Notes: generated from the letters alone by a model not told the origin. A DNA stretch of 64,000 bases from Methanobacteriota archaeon (GCA_020348345.1 CP070748.1:1503682-1567681), one strand, 5' to 3'; positions 52,965 to 62,054 are shown, counted from the stretch's first letter. A program made the numbers and translations.

Positions 52965-53909
52965 ATGAAGTGGCTTCGACTCTCTGCTGTGAAGGCTGTC
53001 ACAATGGTGTTGATAGCTGTTCTTTGCCTTCCGACCGCTATCGCGGATGGATTGGAGCGTTCTGGTGGCAGTTACTATGCCTACGACATCGAAATGGTTG
53101 TCGAGGCCGTTTCTGTTCATGGGATATTGATTTATGATCACCTTGGGGCTGAGCAGGCGCAGACCGGCCATGAGGTAGACGTCTTCAGGGTTACCGGACA
53201 CTTCGAGGGTAGTTCGATTGCCACGGTGGTTAATACCTCTGTGACTGGAGCCGTCGACGGCTGGAGTTACGTATTGCGAGGCTCCATTGCGAAGGTAATG
53301 GAGGAGACAACCACATTCGTCAATACGACGAATGGCGTCGGGACCATGCTCATCGCCACATCGTATGAGACGTACGAGATGGTGCAATACTCTCCTCCAT
53401 TGATGTCCGATTTGGACGAATCCACGGTTACGGCGGATGACCGATGGAACGAAACGGTCGAGGTGACTCGTATCTCCTCTACTAGTAATGGCTCAGAACC
53501 CTCCGAGCAAACCGTCGTGGATGAGGAACACTACTCGTTTTCAATCATTTCGACAAATGAGGAAATCGAGACTGCCGCCGGCGACTTCCGTTGCATCGTG
53601 ATTAACATATCCAGTGAACATGGGAGCGAGATCGTCTGGCATTGCCCCGATACTGGCAGCTTCGTCAGAATTGAACGCTATGACAGCCAATCGTCTGATC
53701 CTCTGTACGTCGCGTCGTTGTCAGACTACTCTATCGAAAAACGAAGCAATGCTTACCTGATACTCATCGTTGGTACCGTAGCAGGTGCTTCAGTACTGGT
53801 GGTTGTCGTGATCGTCGTTATGATGGATAGACGTTCTCGCACCCCAATCGGGAAGCGCGTGGCGGATTCGGGAGGCGAAGATGATGATGAAACGGGAGAT
53901 ATCGGCTAG
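52965..53909 (+). CDS. secreted, C-terminally membrane-anchored hypothetical protein
   Basis: Signal peptide MKWLRLSAVKAVTMVLIAVLCLPTAIA. C-terminal TM helix AYLILIVGTVAGASVLVVVVIVVMM, then a charged tail. Confidence 0.5.
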   Translation: MKWLRLSAVKAVTMVLIAVLCLPTAIADGLERSGGSYYAYDIEMVVEAVSVHGILIYDHLGAEQAQTGHEVDVFRVTGHFEGSSIATVVNTSVTGAVDGWSYVLRGSIAKVMEETTTFVNTTNGVGTMLIATSYETYEMVQYSPPLMSDLDESTVTADDRWNETVEVTRISSTSNGSEPSEQTVVDEEHYSFSIISTNEEIETAAGDFRCIVINISSEHGSEIVWHCPDTGSFVRIERYDSQSSDPLYVASLSDYSIEKRSNAYLILIVGTVAGASVLVVVVIVVMMDRRSRTPIGKRVADSGGEDDDETGDIG

Positions 53910-53972
53910 CCAAGGCGAGGGCGTTAGCGAGGCTGAGTTGAGGCGCGAGTCAACTGGAGCGCGGTGATTGAA

Positions 53973-54470
53973 ATGTCTCGAATTGCCAGGAAAGTCTCAG
54001 AGTCAAGAACGGTCATAGCTAGGGTTATGATGCCTCAGGATGCGAACATTGCGGGGAACGTCTTCGGCGGCACGATATTGAAGGCAGTTGATGAGATCGC
54101 GTATGTGGTGGCGACCAAACACATACGCGCGAATGCCGTAACCGTCTCTTTGGATGGTACGAGCTTCCTCTCACCGGTTCATATAGGCGACCTTCTGACA
54201 TTAAGGGCCAATGTCAACGCAGTCTGGAAGTCGTCAATGGAAATCGGTGTAAGAGTGGAGGCGGAAAACCCCAAGACGGGCGAGGTCCGTCATACGGGAT
54301 CATCATATCTGACTGTCGTGGCCCTTGATGAGTCAGGCAGACCGTGCGAAGCTCCAGATCTCATACTTGAGACCGAAGAGGATCGCAGGCGCAACCGCGA
54401 GGCTAATGGTAGGCGGGAACGCAGATTGCACGAGAGAGGCGCAGGTGATGCTAAACCCGTGAAGCACTGA
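53973..54470 (+). CDS. acyl-CoA thioesterase (hotdog fold)
   Basis: VMMPQDANIAGNVFGGTILKAVDEIAYVVA...VTVSLDGTSFLSPVHIGD. ATG 53973 lies within the GTG-started track ORF 53964. Confidence 0.8.
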   Translation: MSRIARKVSESRTVIARVMMPQDANIAGNVFGGTILKAVDEIAYVVATKHIRANAVTVSLDGTSFLSPVHIGDLLTLRANVNAVWKSSMEIGVRVEAENPKTGEVRHTGSSYLTVVALDESGRPCEAPDLILETEEDRRRNREANGRRERRLHERGAGDAKPVKH

Positions 54471-54580
54471 ACACCTCAACCGCTAGAATCGATTGACAAA
54501 GGTTTTATTAACCTGCCCATGGCAGGAATGAGAGCGATTTTATACATGCATCAGGGTTCCCTGGCTCAAGGGAGGATAAG

Positions 54581-56038
54581 TTGGCGAACACGGTATTCAA
54601 CCCTCTGACGAGCGCGCAGGAGGAGACCATACACGAGACTTCGATTAGAATACTCGAAGAGGTTGGCATTAAAGTCACTAGCAAGTCGGTTCTGAGCATG
54701 CTCAAAGAGCACGGCGCAGACTTAGATGAGAGGACCGAGATAGCGAAGCTACCAGAGCATCTCGTCATTGAAGCTCTATCAAAAGCGCCCAGGGAATTCA
54801 AGATGTGCGGAAGAGACAAGGCGTATGATCTCGCACTCCCTGCTGACCGTCCACAAGGAGTCAACGATGGCCAACCGACCTATATGTGGGATATCGACGA
54901 GCAGCGAAAGCGATCATCAACAGCCAGAGATTTGGTTGACATAGCCATCGTATGTGATGCAATGCCCGAGGTTGATCTCTTCTGGCCCCAGGTTGTGGCA
55001 ACTGACCTCCCTCCTGAAGTGTCCAACTGCCACGAGTTCGTTGCCTCCTTGTTCTTCACCGGAAAACACGTCCAGCACGGATCAGGCAACGCCAGAGACA
55101 CGAAGTTCCTTATTGATGCCGCGGCAGCAATCGTAGGCTCGGAAAAGGAACTCGCTCGCAGAACGATCGTGTCGATAACTCATACGCCTCTCACTCCGTT
55201 GCGCTACGAGGCTGGGGATATCGACGCTGCAGTGGAGTTCGCGAAGGTCGGTTTACCAGTTGTGCATCTATCCATGGCGATATCAGGCTCGGTGGCGCCT
55301 GTATCTCTTGCCGGCACTGTGACTCTCGTGAACGCAGAGAATCTTGCAGGCGCAGTTATATCGGAGCTTTCGGCGCCCGGTGCGCCTATCCTCTATAGCT
55401 CAGAGTCGGGGCCTATGGATATGCGTTCCGGCGTGTTTCTCTCTGGCTCAACCGAAGGCTCGCTGATCAATGCGGCTGGCTGTCAGATGGCTCGCAGATA
55501 CGGATTACCCTCTCAGGTCGGAGGCATAGCAGGTTCCGGCTGTAGGCCGGGCTTCGAAATCGGCTATCAGAAAGCAATCAGCGGACTCATACCGGCGATG
55601 GCAGGCGCCGACCAGGTTGTCGGCATAGGCGGATTCGAGCGTTCCGGATGTGAATCGTTGGAGCAGATTATCATGGACTGTGAACTATGGCGTAACGTTC
55701 GCAGGGCTTGGAAGGGCGTGGACGTGAACGAATCGACGATAGCTTTTGATGCAATAGCGCGAGTCGGCCCTGGTGGATACTTCATGAAGGATCCGCACAC
55801 GCTCAAGCATTTCAGAAGCGAGATCCTATTACCCGAGATAGCTACGCTATCGGCCGAGGTTGACAGTAACGTTGAACCCATGAACGCAGCTGCGATTAAG
55901 AAAGCCAAGAGGCTCTTGGCTGAGCATAGATGCAACGAAGTAGAGCCGGAAATCAAGAAGAACGTACTAGAGCTATTGCGCGAATATGATGAAAGCCTCG
56001 TGAGCGGAGGCGTCTCCACTGATTACCTGAACCGTTAG
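54581..56038 (+). CDS. MttB-superfamily methyltransferase, uninterrupted (non-pyrrolysine) type, copy 2
   Basis: 485 aa. TTG start with GGAGG 5 nt upstream. No in-frame TAG. Paralogue of 32378..33835. Confidence 0.8.
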   Translation: MANTVFNPLTSAQEETIHETSIRILEEVGIKVTSKSVLSMLKEHGADLDERTEIAKLPEHLVIEALSKAPREFKMCGRDKAYDLALPADRPQGVNDGQPTYMWDIDEQRKRSSTARDLVDIAIVCDAMPEVDLFWPQVVATDLPPEVSNCHEFVASLFFTGKHVQHGSGNARDTKFLIDAAAAIVGSEKELARRTIVSITHTPLTPLRYEAGDIDAAVEFAKVGLPVVHLSMAISGSVAPVSLAGTVTLVNAENLAGAVISELSAPGAPILYSSESGPMDMRSGVFLSGSTEGSLINAAGCQMARRYGLPSQVGGIAGSGCRPGFEIGYQKAISGLIPAMAGADQVVGIGGFERSGCESLEQIIMDCELWRNVRRAWKGVDVNESTIAFDAIARVGPGGYFMKDPHTLKHFRSEILLPEIATLSAEVDSNVEPMNAAAIKKAKRLLAEHRCNEVEPEIKKNVLELLREYDESLVSGGVSTDYLNR

Positions 56039-56127
56039 GATGAGATTGAGATTGGCAAGCATGTGATCGAATAGTGTTGTCGTCTGCATTCTCAACACTT
56101 AAGTCTGAGGCAGTTCTTACTGCATTC

Positions 56128-57261
56128 ATGTCTGAGATTCCGGGATTTGGTGGCGGAAAGGCGTATTCTCGATCGTTGGTACGAGGCGCAAGAGCGGCGA
56201 TCAGGGATGTCTTGTCTGTGAGGAAGGGCGAACGCATCCTCATAGTGTCGAATCCCAACCCAGGAACGCGAGACATCGCAATGGCTCTGTTCGATGCGGC
56301 CCTGAGATCGAAGGCGTCTCCCGTTCTGGCATTCCAAGGTGAGAAAGGGCAGTTCGATTACACGGAAGAGGAGATTATCAAGGCTTTGGCGGCCGAGCCA
56401 GAGATAGTTCTATCCATAAGCAAGGACCGCATGGGCCTCGACCGATACGGCCTGAAGCACGGATACAAGGGCAAACGTCGCTATGACAGTCTCTTCGACA
56501 TGCTGTACTGTGAAGGCAGAATGAGGGCTTTTTGGTCGCCAGGCATAACTACCGATACCTTCGCCAGAACGGTCGCGATCGATTACACGGTACTCAGGAA
56601 GGACTGCAAGCGGCTTGTGAAGGAGATGGCAAAGGCCGAGGCGATCAGAGTCACGTCTCCCTCGGGAACGGATGTAGTCGTGGGAGTGAAAGGGCGCACT
56701 CCCAAGTCGGACGATGGCGATTTCAGGAAGCCTGGGCTGGCCGGAAACATACCTTCGGGTGAGGTGTATGTATCACCTAAAATCGGCGGTGTGAACGGCT
56801 CGATAGCTTTTGATGGATCCATCGCTCTCAACGACGGTGAAGTAGTGATACGAAAACCCATCGTGGTCGAAGTCGAGAAGGGTTATGTCAAGTCAATCTC
56901 GGGCGGCTCCGAGGCTGAATTGCTCCGGCGATCGATCCGCTTAGGAGAGTCAAATGCAGATAGGATGGGCAAGAAGGGCGAATTGAAATCATCCGAGGCT
57001 CGAAGATACCGACGGAACGCGAGGGCCATTGGGGAGCTCGGCATCGGCCTTAATAGAAAGGCCAGGATCGTTGCCAACATGCTCGAGGATGAGAAGGTCT
57101 ATGGAACATGCCATTTCGCTGTGGGCAGCAACTATGATGGCGACGCTGACGCATTGATACACCTCGACGGGCTCGTCAAGACTCCAACGGTATCAGTATC
57201 CAGCAAGAGGCCATGCAACGAGAAACAATTGATGGTTGATGGTAGACTCGTGTGGGATTGA
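56128..57261 (+). CDS. M29 family aminopeptidase (AmpS/PepS-like)
   Basis: SGEVYVSP, GTCHFAVGSNY and IHLDG motifs. ATG 56128 lies within track ORF 56074..57261. Confidence 0.75.
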   Translation: MSEIPGFGGGKAYSRSLVRGARAAIRDVLSVRKGERILIVSNPNPGTRDIAMALFDAALRSKASPVLAFQGEKGQFDYTEEEIIKALAAEPEIVLSISKDRMGLDRYGLKHGYKGKRRYDSLFDMLYCEGRMRAFWSPGITTDTFARTVAIDYTVLRKDCKRLVKEMAKAEAIRVTSPSGTDVVVGVKGRTPKSDDGDFRKPGLAGNIPSGEVYVSPKIGGVNGSIAFDGSIALNDGEVVIRKPIVVEVEKGYVKSISGGSEAELLRRSIRLGESNADRMGKKGELKSSEARRYRRNARAIGELGIGLNRKARIVANMLEDEKVYGTCHFAVGSNYDGDADALIHLDGLVKTPTVSVSSKRPCNEKQLMVDGRLVWD

Positions 57262-57324
57262 ATCCGGCCATATAGGCCTTATCGCCTCTTAACTCAGCAC
57301 AGGGGGAAATAATCAGATCCTCTG

Positions 57325-57612
57325 ATGCCTGACTTGGATAGATTCAGTTATGCAATAATGGGCTGGTATCATTCTCACCCCGGTCACACCTGCTTCATGT
57401 CGAAGACTGATCTCTCCACGCAACGAGTAATGTTCACACAACCATATCACTGCGCACTTGTGATAGATCCCGTCAACAGGGAGATCGAGGCGTTCAAGCT
57501 TCTGGGCGAAGGCTGTGTCACTGTCCCATTTGCTGTTGTGGACTGCAAGATGCCAAGGACCCGCAGGCTCAGGTACAAAGCAGGCTGGGAGCCTTCTCGA
57601 ACTGGAATATAA
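57325..57612 (+). CDS. N-terminally truncated JAMM/MPN+ domain protein (possible gene remnant)
   Basis: 95 aa. GWYHSHPGHTCFMSKTD is the HxHx7Sx2D JAMM motif, only 13 aa from the N-terminus. The upstream Glu-containing segment is absent, and there is an in-frame TAA 5 codons upstream of the ATG. Confidence 0.5.
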   Translation: MPDLDRFSYAIMGWYHSHPGHTCFMSKTDLSTQRVMFTQPYHCALVIDPVNREIEAFKLLGEGCVTVPFAVVDCKMPRTRRLRYKAGWEPSRTGI

Positions 57613-57659
57613 GCCTATCTCTCATCGCCGCGAAAGGTTATTCGGAGTCCAGAGCGATT

Positions 57660-58820
57660 ATGTGTAAGGGAAGGAAGAGAGTGAATACCACGGTCCCTTG
57701 CTGCGTGCTCGTGGCGTTTGCATTCATGGCCTCGTCAATGGCCATGCCTGCCGAATCGGAGAATGGCGGGCCGAACGATTACTCTCTCTCCGTCAACGAA
57801 AGCGATACGGTTGTAAGCTTCATATCGGGCAACTTCAGCGTGGCGATTACCAGCGATTGGCCGCGAATGATCTTCAGGCACGAAGAGGATCCGTTCAGCC
57901 CGACTTTCGAGGTGGGCTGCCCCCGCCTGTATGCCCACAACGACTCCGACGGCGACGGCATGTTCGACCCTTCGGAGGTAGTACTGACGATATTCTTGGA
58001 CTCAAACCATATCGAGTGGAATCGAACGCCAGTGAGCCAGGGATACAGCGATGAGCTCGGAGAATACGCGTATTTCGGCATGAGAGCGGAACTCAATGCC
58101 TATATTATTGGTGAGAACGAAACACTGGCTCGACCGAAATGGGCTAACATGTCTTTCTGGTTCTCGATATCAGAGAAGTCCGTCGAGTATGAGAATGCAA
58201 GAGGAATCTATGTTGTCGAGGGCGGCACTCAGCTAAGAATGAACTACTCCCTTGATGTCAGAGACTGGATTGGCCAGAACGCCATTGTCCTGGAGCAGTT
58301 CCTACAGGGTGGCGGATCCACCAACATGTTCCATCTGGTAGAAGAAGAAGACGGGGCGACGTTCATCACTGAAATCCCTGGAACCGTCGATGAGAGAGAG
58401 ATAGGAGAAGACTACTGTCATGAGCTCGAGGAAATATCTGAGCCCATGCGGGAGATCCTCTTTGCAAAGGAGGATGGCACTGTTCAGGCATTCTACAGTT
58501 GGTGCTCTGAGACCGCCGCCCTTATCGCTGGGAACCAATCGTCTCTGGGGATGAACTCGACTTACTTCACGACCGGCACTGGTATGATGCTCCATTCCCA
58601 GATCATGATGGACAATCGCACGAGCCAGATTGAGCACGAATCATGCATTGGAATCTATGAATCCGGATTTGTAGGCAGTATGAGTGATTGGATCAAGGAG
58701 TATTCCTGGCCGCTTCTGGCCGTTTGCTGCGTGGCGGCGGCGTTGGCATCTTTCCCGCTTCTGCGATGGAGGAAGAAAAGGCGAATGCGCGGCGATGGAA
58801 GCGGCGGGGTTAGCGAGTGA
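57660..58820 (+). CDS. secreted, C-terminally membrane-anchored hypothetical protein
   Basis: Signal peptide (CCVLVAFAFMASSMAMPA). A DSDGDGMFDPSE Ca-binding-like loop. C-terminal TM helix WPLLAVCCVAAALASFPLL followed by RWRKKRRMR. Confidence 0.55.
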   Translation: MCKGRKRVNTTVPCCVLVAFAFMASSMAMPAESENGGPNDYSLSVNESDTVVSFISGNFSVAITSDWPRMIFRHEEDPFSPTFEVGCPRLYAHNDSDGDGMFDPSEVVLTIFLDSNHIEWNRTPVSQGYSDELGEYAYFGMRAELNAYIIGENETLARPKWANMSFWFSISEKSVEYENARGIYVVEGGTQLRMNYSLDVRDWIGQNAIVLEQFLQGGGSTNMFHLVEEEDGATFITEIPGTVDEREIGEDYCHELEEISEPMREILFAKEDGTVQAFYSWCSETAALIAGNQSSLGMNSTYFTTGTGMMLHSQIMMDNRTSQIEHESCIGIYESGFVGSMSDWIKEYSWPLLAVCCVAAALASFPLLRWRKKRRMRGDGSGGVSE

Positions 58821-58838
58821 GCAGAATAACACTCAGTA

Positions 58839-59375
58839 CTATACCCAGATCGCATGCCTCTTTCGCATAGACCCTTCGCTTTGCCCAAGCCTTTCCATCA
58901 CTTGCGCAACAATGCTGTCTAGATAGATCATTGCGGCGTCCTCGAACAGCGTGCCGAGCGGTGCGAGACGTTTCCTATCCTCGTCTCCCTTCGGTTTGAT
59001 CTTGATGACAAGGTTTGACGCGGTCGCCAGCTTCGAGTGATCGTTGGAGGTAATGCTGATCACATCTGCGCCCACCCTTCTGACGATGTTTGCCGTCTGC
59101 ACACATGACATCGTGTCGCCTGTGTGAGAGACAATGATAACAAGATCCTTCTCTCCGACAATGGGCGTCACCGTCTCCCCCACGAAGAAGACCTCCAGCC
59201 CCATCTGAACCAGTCTTATCGCAAACGCTTTCGCTATGAGCCCGGAACGACCGACGCCGTAGATGAATATCCTAGGCGCTCCAACGATCATGTCGACGAA
59301 TCTATCGGTATCTGGGCTGTGCTCCTTCAGGGTCTTCTGGATGTTTTCGATTATGTAATCTACGCTTCCTTTCAT
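58839..59375 (-). CDS. hxlB: 6-phospho-3-hexuloisomerase (SIS domain)
   Basis: 178 aa. IFIYGVGRSGLIAKAFAIRLVQMG...VIIVSHTGDT. PHI-type SIS protein. Confidence 0.75.
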   Translation of the reverse strand: MKGSVDYIIENIQKTLKEHSPDTDRFVDMIVGAPRIFIYGVGRSGLIAKAFAIRLVQMGLEVFFVGETVTPIVGEKDLVIIVSHTGDTMSCVQTANIVRRVGADVISITSNDHSKLATASNLVIKIKPKGDEDRKRLAPLGTLFEDAAMIYLDSIVAQVMERLGQSEGSMRKRHAIWV

Positions 59376-60415
59376 TTCGACCCAGCTTTTTCCTTCTTCG
59401 AATTGCCTTTGATTTCCTTTGAAACCTTCTTAGTCAGTACTCTCTCCAGAATGACTTTCATGTACATCGCGTCGTGTTCGAGGAGAGGAGAACTCGAGAT
59501 GATTGTGATTGGCTGATTCCGATCAACCAGTGATTCCGCAAGAGGTTCGAAGCGAAGATCGCCCTTCTTGATCGAGGTGAACCTCTTCTCGTTGCCTCCT
59601 TCGTGTTCGACGCCTGAGAAGTGTGCATACAATTCCCCGCTTGAGCACCCCTCGAGCGTGTCCAGGAGCTTGTCGAAGTTCTTCGGTTCGCGCAGCACAC
59701 CCCCCTCGCGCGAATGGTAGTGCGCGAAATTAACCACAGGCACAAGCTCCTTTGACTCCTTGCATAACCTCGACACCTCACTGAGTGAGCCGAAGACTTC
59801 CTGTCTCCCGCTCAGTTCAAGTCCGATTGGCGATTTGATGCCGTGCTTGCGATACCATTTAGCCAGCTCCGTGAGCCGCTCCTTGGCCCTCTTGAATGCC
59901 GTCCTTGGCGTTACATCCCCGTAGAGGCCTATGTGTGTGACAACAATACGAGCACCGAGTTCGTTAGCTATCAGCCCGGCCCACCTTATCGAATCCATGC
60001 TCTTGAAACAGAGTTCGCCCTCTCCAATCACATCCATGTAATACGGAGTGTGGATTGCCAGCTGGACGTCCAGCTCATCAGCCATTGTCCTCAAGTTTCT
60101 GAGTTCGGAGTAGCACCTGGAGATTCCGCTCGACAGCACCACCAGTGTGTCCCCGTTCCTGATGGGCTCATCGAGGTTTGATATGGCCGTCTCCTTTGAA
60201 CCCTTCTTGCGGATTATCTCGATTACCATGTCCGTTTTGAGATCTCTCGGCGCCATACCGACCTCTTCGAGATCAGCGGACCTCTCCTGGACATTAGCCC
60301 TGACCAGCTGTCCCTCCATTGCAGTCAAGCCGAGGTTATGAACATCCTCAATACCATCCCTGAGGGTTCTTCCCTTGCATGAAAGGGGTATGCCAGCTGG
60401 TCCAAAACGAATCAT
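59372..60415 (-). CDS. xylose-isomerase-like TIM-barrel protein (endonuclease IV / sugar-phosphate isomerase superfamily) with an internal insertion and a Lys-rich tail
   Basis: MIRFGPAGIP... N-terminus, HTPYY, VVTHIG, GLELSG, NFAHYH. A ~70-aa insert follows the first strand. Its stop overlaps the hxlB start by 4 nt. Confidence 0.6.
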   Translation of the reverse strand: MIRFGPAGIPLSCKGRTLRDGIEDVHNLGLTAMEGQLVRANVQERSADLEEVGMAPRDLKTDMVIEIIRKKGSKETAISNLDEPIRNGDTLVVLSSGISRCYSELRNLRTMADELDVQLAIHTPYYMDVIGEGELCFKSMDSIRWAGLIANELGARIVVTHIGLYGDVTPRTAFKRAKERLTELAKWYRKHGIKSPIGLELSGRQEVFGSLSEVSRLCKESKELVPVVNFAHYHSREGGVLREPKNFDKLLDTLEGCSSGELYAHFSGVEHEGGNEKRFTSIKKGDLRFEPLAESLVDRNQPITIISSSPLLEHDAMYMKVILERVLTKKVSKEIKGNSKKEKAGSK

Positions 60416-60582
60416 ACTCTCAGATTACCCCCAACAGTCAGGAGTCTTCGAGTATCGCATAAGCCATATATATCTTCTGTTGATTGCCACCGGGTCCGAT
60501 GCAATCAGCCTGAGGGGAGGGCCGAGATCGAACGATCGAGACAGTCTATTGGAGCAGCTTCTGGCCAGACCTCTGGGTATAT

Positions 60583-60598
60583 CCAAAGCTTTATAAAC
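60583..60598 (+). promoter_or_regulatory. BRE/TATA element of the L18e-L13-S9-RpoN operon
   Basis: CCAAAGCTTTATAAAC is centred ~35 nt upstream of ATG 60628. Confidence 0.4.
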
Positions 60599-60627
60599 GG
60601 AACGCACATTAAGTCGCCTGCTCTCTG

Positions 60628-61011
60628 ATGTCGGAGGAGTCAGAAATGGGAAGAAGCAACAGAAAAACCAACCCCAGCCTCTTGAGCCTGATACAGCGTC
60701 TCAAAGACGCTGGCAGAACCAATGAGGCACCCGTCTGGCGAGACATAGCGTTGAGGCTTGAGGGCCCTGCGAGCAATTGGGCCGAGGTCAATGTCGGTAG
60801 ACTTAACAGGTACGCCAATGATGACGAGGTCATTGTCATCCCAGGCAAGTTGCTGGGCGCGGGTGAGATAAGCAAGAAGGTTACGGTTGCGGCGTTCAGC
60901 GCCTCCGGCCAAGCGAAGATGAAGGTTGTCAGCGCGGGAGGCCGCAGCGTTACCATCGAGGAGCTCGTCGATAAGAACCCCAAGGGGTCTAGAGTGAGGA
61001 TAATGGGGTGA
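60628..61011 (+). CDS. rpl18e: 50S ribosomal protein L18e
   Basis: NPSLLSLIQRLKDAGRTNEAPVWRDIALRL...VIVIPGKLLGAGEI...VAAFSASGQAKMKV is typical of L18e. Confidence 0.9.
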   Translation: MSEESEMGRSNRKTNPSLLSLIQRLKDAGRTNEAPVWRDIALRLEGPASNWAEVNVGRLNRYANDDEVIVIPGKLLGAGEISKKVTVAAFSASGQAKMKVVSAGGRSVTIEELVDKNPKGSRVRIMG

Positions 61012-61042
61012 TTTCCTGGCGGTCATCGATGCACAGGAACAG

Positions 61043-61429
61043 GTGCTTGGAAGACTCTGCACCCACGTGGCCAAGCGGCTGCTGAGCGGTGAGGAGATCA
61101 CTATTGTGAACGCGGAGAAGGCGAGGATCTCCGGCAACAGAGCCCAGATCATCGCGCACTATAAGCAGAGATGGGCTCGTGGCAAGAACTTCAGCGGGCC
61201 GAAATATCCGCGCGCCCCGGATATGATATTGAAGCGCTCCGTCAGGGGCATGCTCGACTACCGGAAGTCGTCGGGGAAAGAGGCCTTGAGACGATTGAAG
61301 GTATACGTGGGCGTCCCGCCTGAGCTGAAGGACATCAAGACGGAGGATATGGGAGCCGCAAAAAAGCCACCCGCCAGGTCCATCTACCTGGGAGAAGTTT
61401 CCAGGGAACTGGGCTCAGGGAGGTTGTGA
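61043..61429 (+). CDS. rpl13: 50S ribosomal protein L13 (uL13); true start probably upstream at a non-canonical codon
   Basis: LGRLCTHVAKRLLSGEEITIVNAEKARISG.... The conserved VIDA motif is encoded in frame at 61022-61033, upstream of the first ATG/GTG/TTG (GTG 61043). Confidence 0.85.
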   Translation: MLGRLCTHVAKRLLSGEEITIVNAEKARISGNRAQIIAHYKQRWARGKNFSGPKYPRAPDMILKRSVRGMLDYRKSSGKEALRRLKVYVGVPPELKDIKTEDMGAAKKPPARSIYLGEVSRELGSGRL

Positions 61430-61433
61430 TCGC

Positions 61434-61832
61434 ATGAAGGTAGTTGTTGTCAGTGGAAAGCGCAAGAGCGCGGTCGCCCGCGCTACGGTGAGGAAGGGGA
61501 AAGGGCTGGTTCGCGTCAACAGCGTTCCGATTGAGGTCTATGAGCCCTACCTCGCCCGCGTCAAGATCATGGAACCTCTCACTTTGGCTGGCGAAAAAGC
61601 CGCCAAGGTGGACATCGATATCAATGTCAACGGAGGCGGATTCATGGGGCAGGCCGCAGCATCGAGGACGGCTATCGCCAAAGGATTGGTGCAGTTCCTG
61701 GGAGACGAGGGGCTTCAGGAGATGTACGCCAGATATGATCGATCACTTCTTGTGTCCGACCCGAGGAGGAAATTGCCCAAGAAGCCTCTTGGGAGAGGCG
61801 CAAGGAAGAAACGTCAGAAATCGTACAGGTGA
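61434..61832 (+). CDS. rps9: 30S ribosomal protein S9 (uS9)
   Basis: 132 aa. GKRKSAVARA...GGGFMGQAAASRTAIAKGLV...RRKLPKKPLGRGARKKRQKSYR. Confidence 0.95.
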   Translation: MKVVVVSGKRKSAVARATVRKGKGLVRVNSVPIEVYEPYLARVKIMEPLTLAGEKAAKVDIDINVNGGGFMGQAAASRTAIAKGLVQFLGDEGLQEMYARYDRSLLVSDPRRKLPKKPLGRGARKKRQKSYR

Positions 61833-61836
61833 TGAC

Positions 61837-62028
61837 TTGATAATTCCGGTCCGATGCTTCACTTGTGGCAAGGTGGTCGGCAGCGCGTTCGAGGAGTTCG
61901 TTAGAAGGACGAACATGGGCGAAGCCCCCAAGGAAGTGCTGGATGCCCTGCATATCGACAGATACTGCTGCAGAAGAATCATACTGACACACGCAGATCT
62001 GATCGATGAGGTCGCGCCCTATTATTAG
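61837..62028 (+). CDS. rpoN: DNA-directed RNA polymerase subunit N (Rpo10)
   Basis: TTG 61837 gives (M)IIPVRCFTCGKVVG...YCCRRIILTH, the RpoN/Rpb10 zinc-bundle signature. It is the distal part of track ORF 61531..62028. Confidence 0.85.
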   Translation: MIIPVRCFTCGKVVGSAFEEFVRRTNMGEAPKEVLDALHIDRYCCRRIILTHADLIDEVAPYY

Positions 62029-62054
62029 GTAAGATACGAAACGAGTTCTTCCGC

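Noticed and set aside
53930-53960. Inverted repeat AGTTGA-N8-TCAACT just after the stop of ORF 52965..53909
   Set aside because: A 6-bp stem only, with no flanking T-tract. Not enough to call a terminator or an operator.
60416-60580. Two short ORFs (60375..60596 +, 60425..60607 -) and a GATCGA-ACGATCGA repeat upstream of the ribosomal-protein operon
   Set aside because: The ORFs overlap each other and the promoter element, and have no motifs. The repeat is too short to interpret. Treated as a divergent promoter region.
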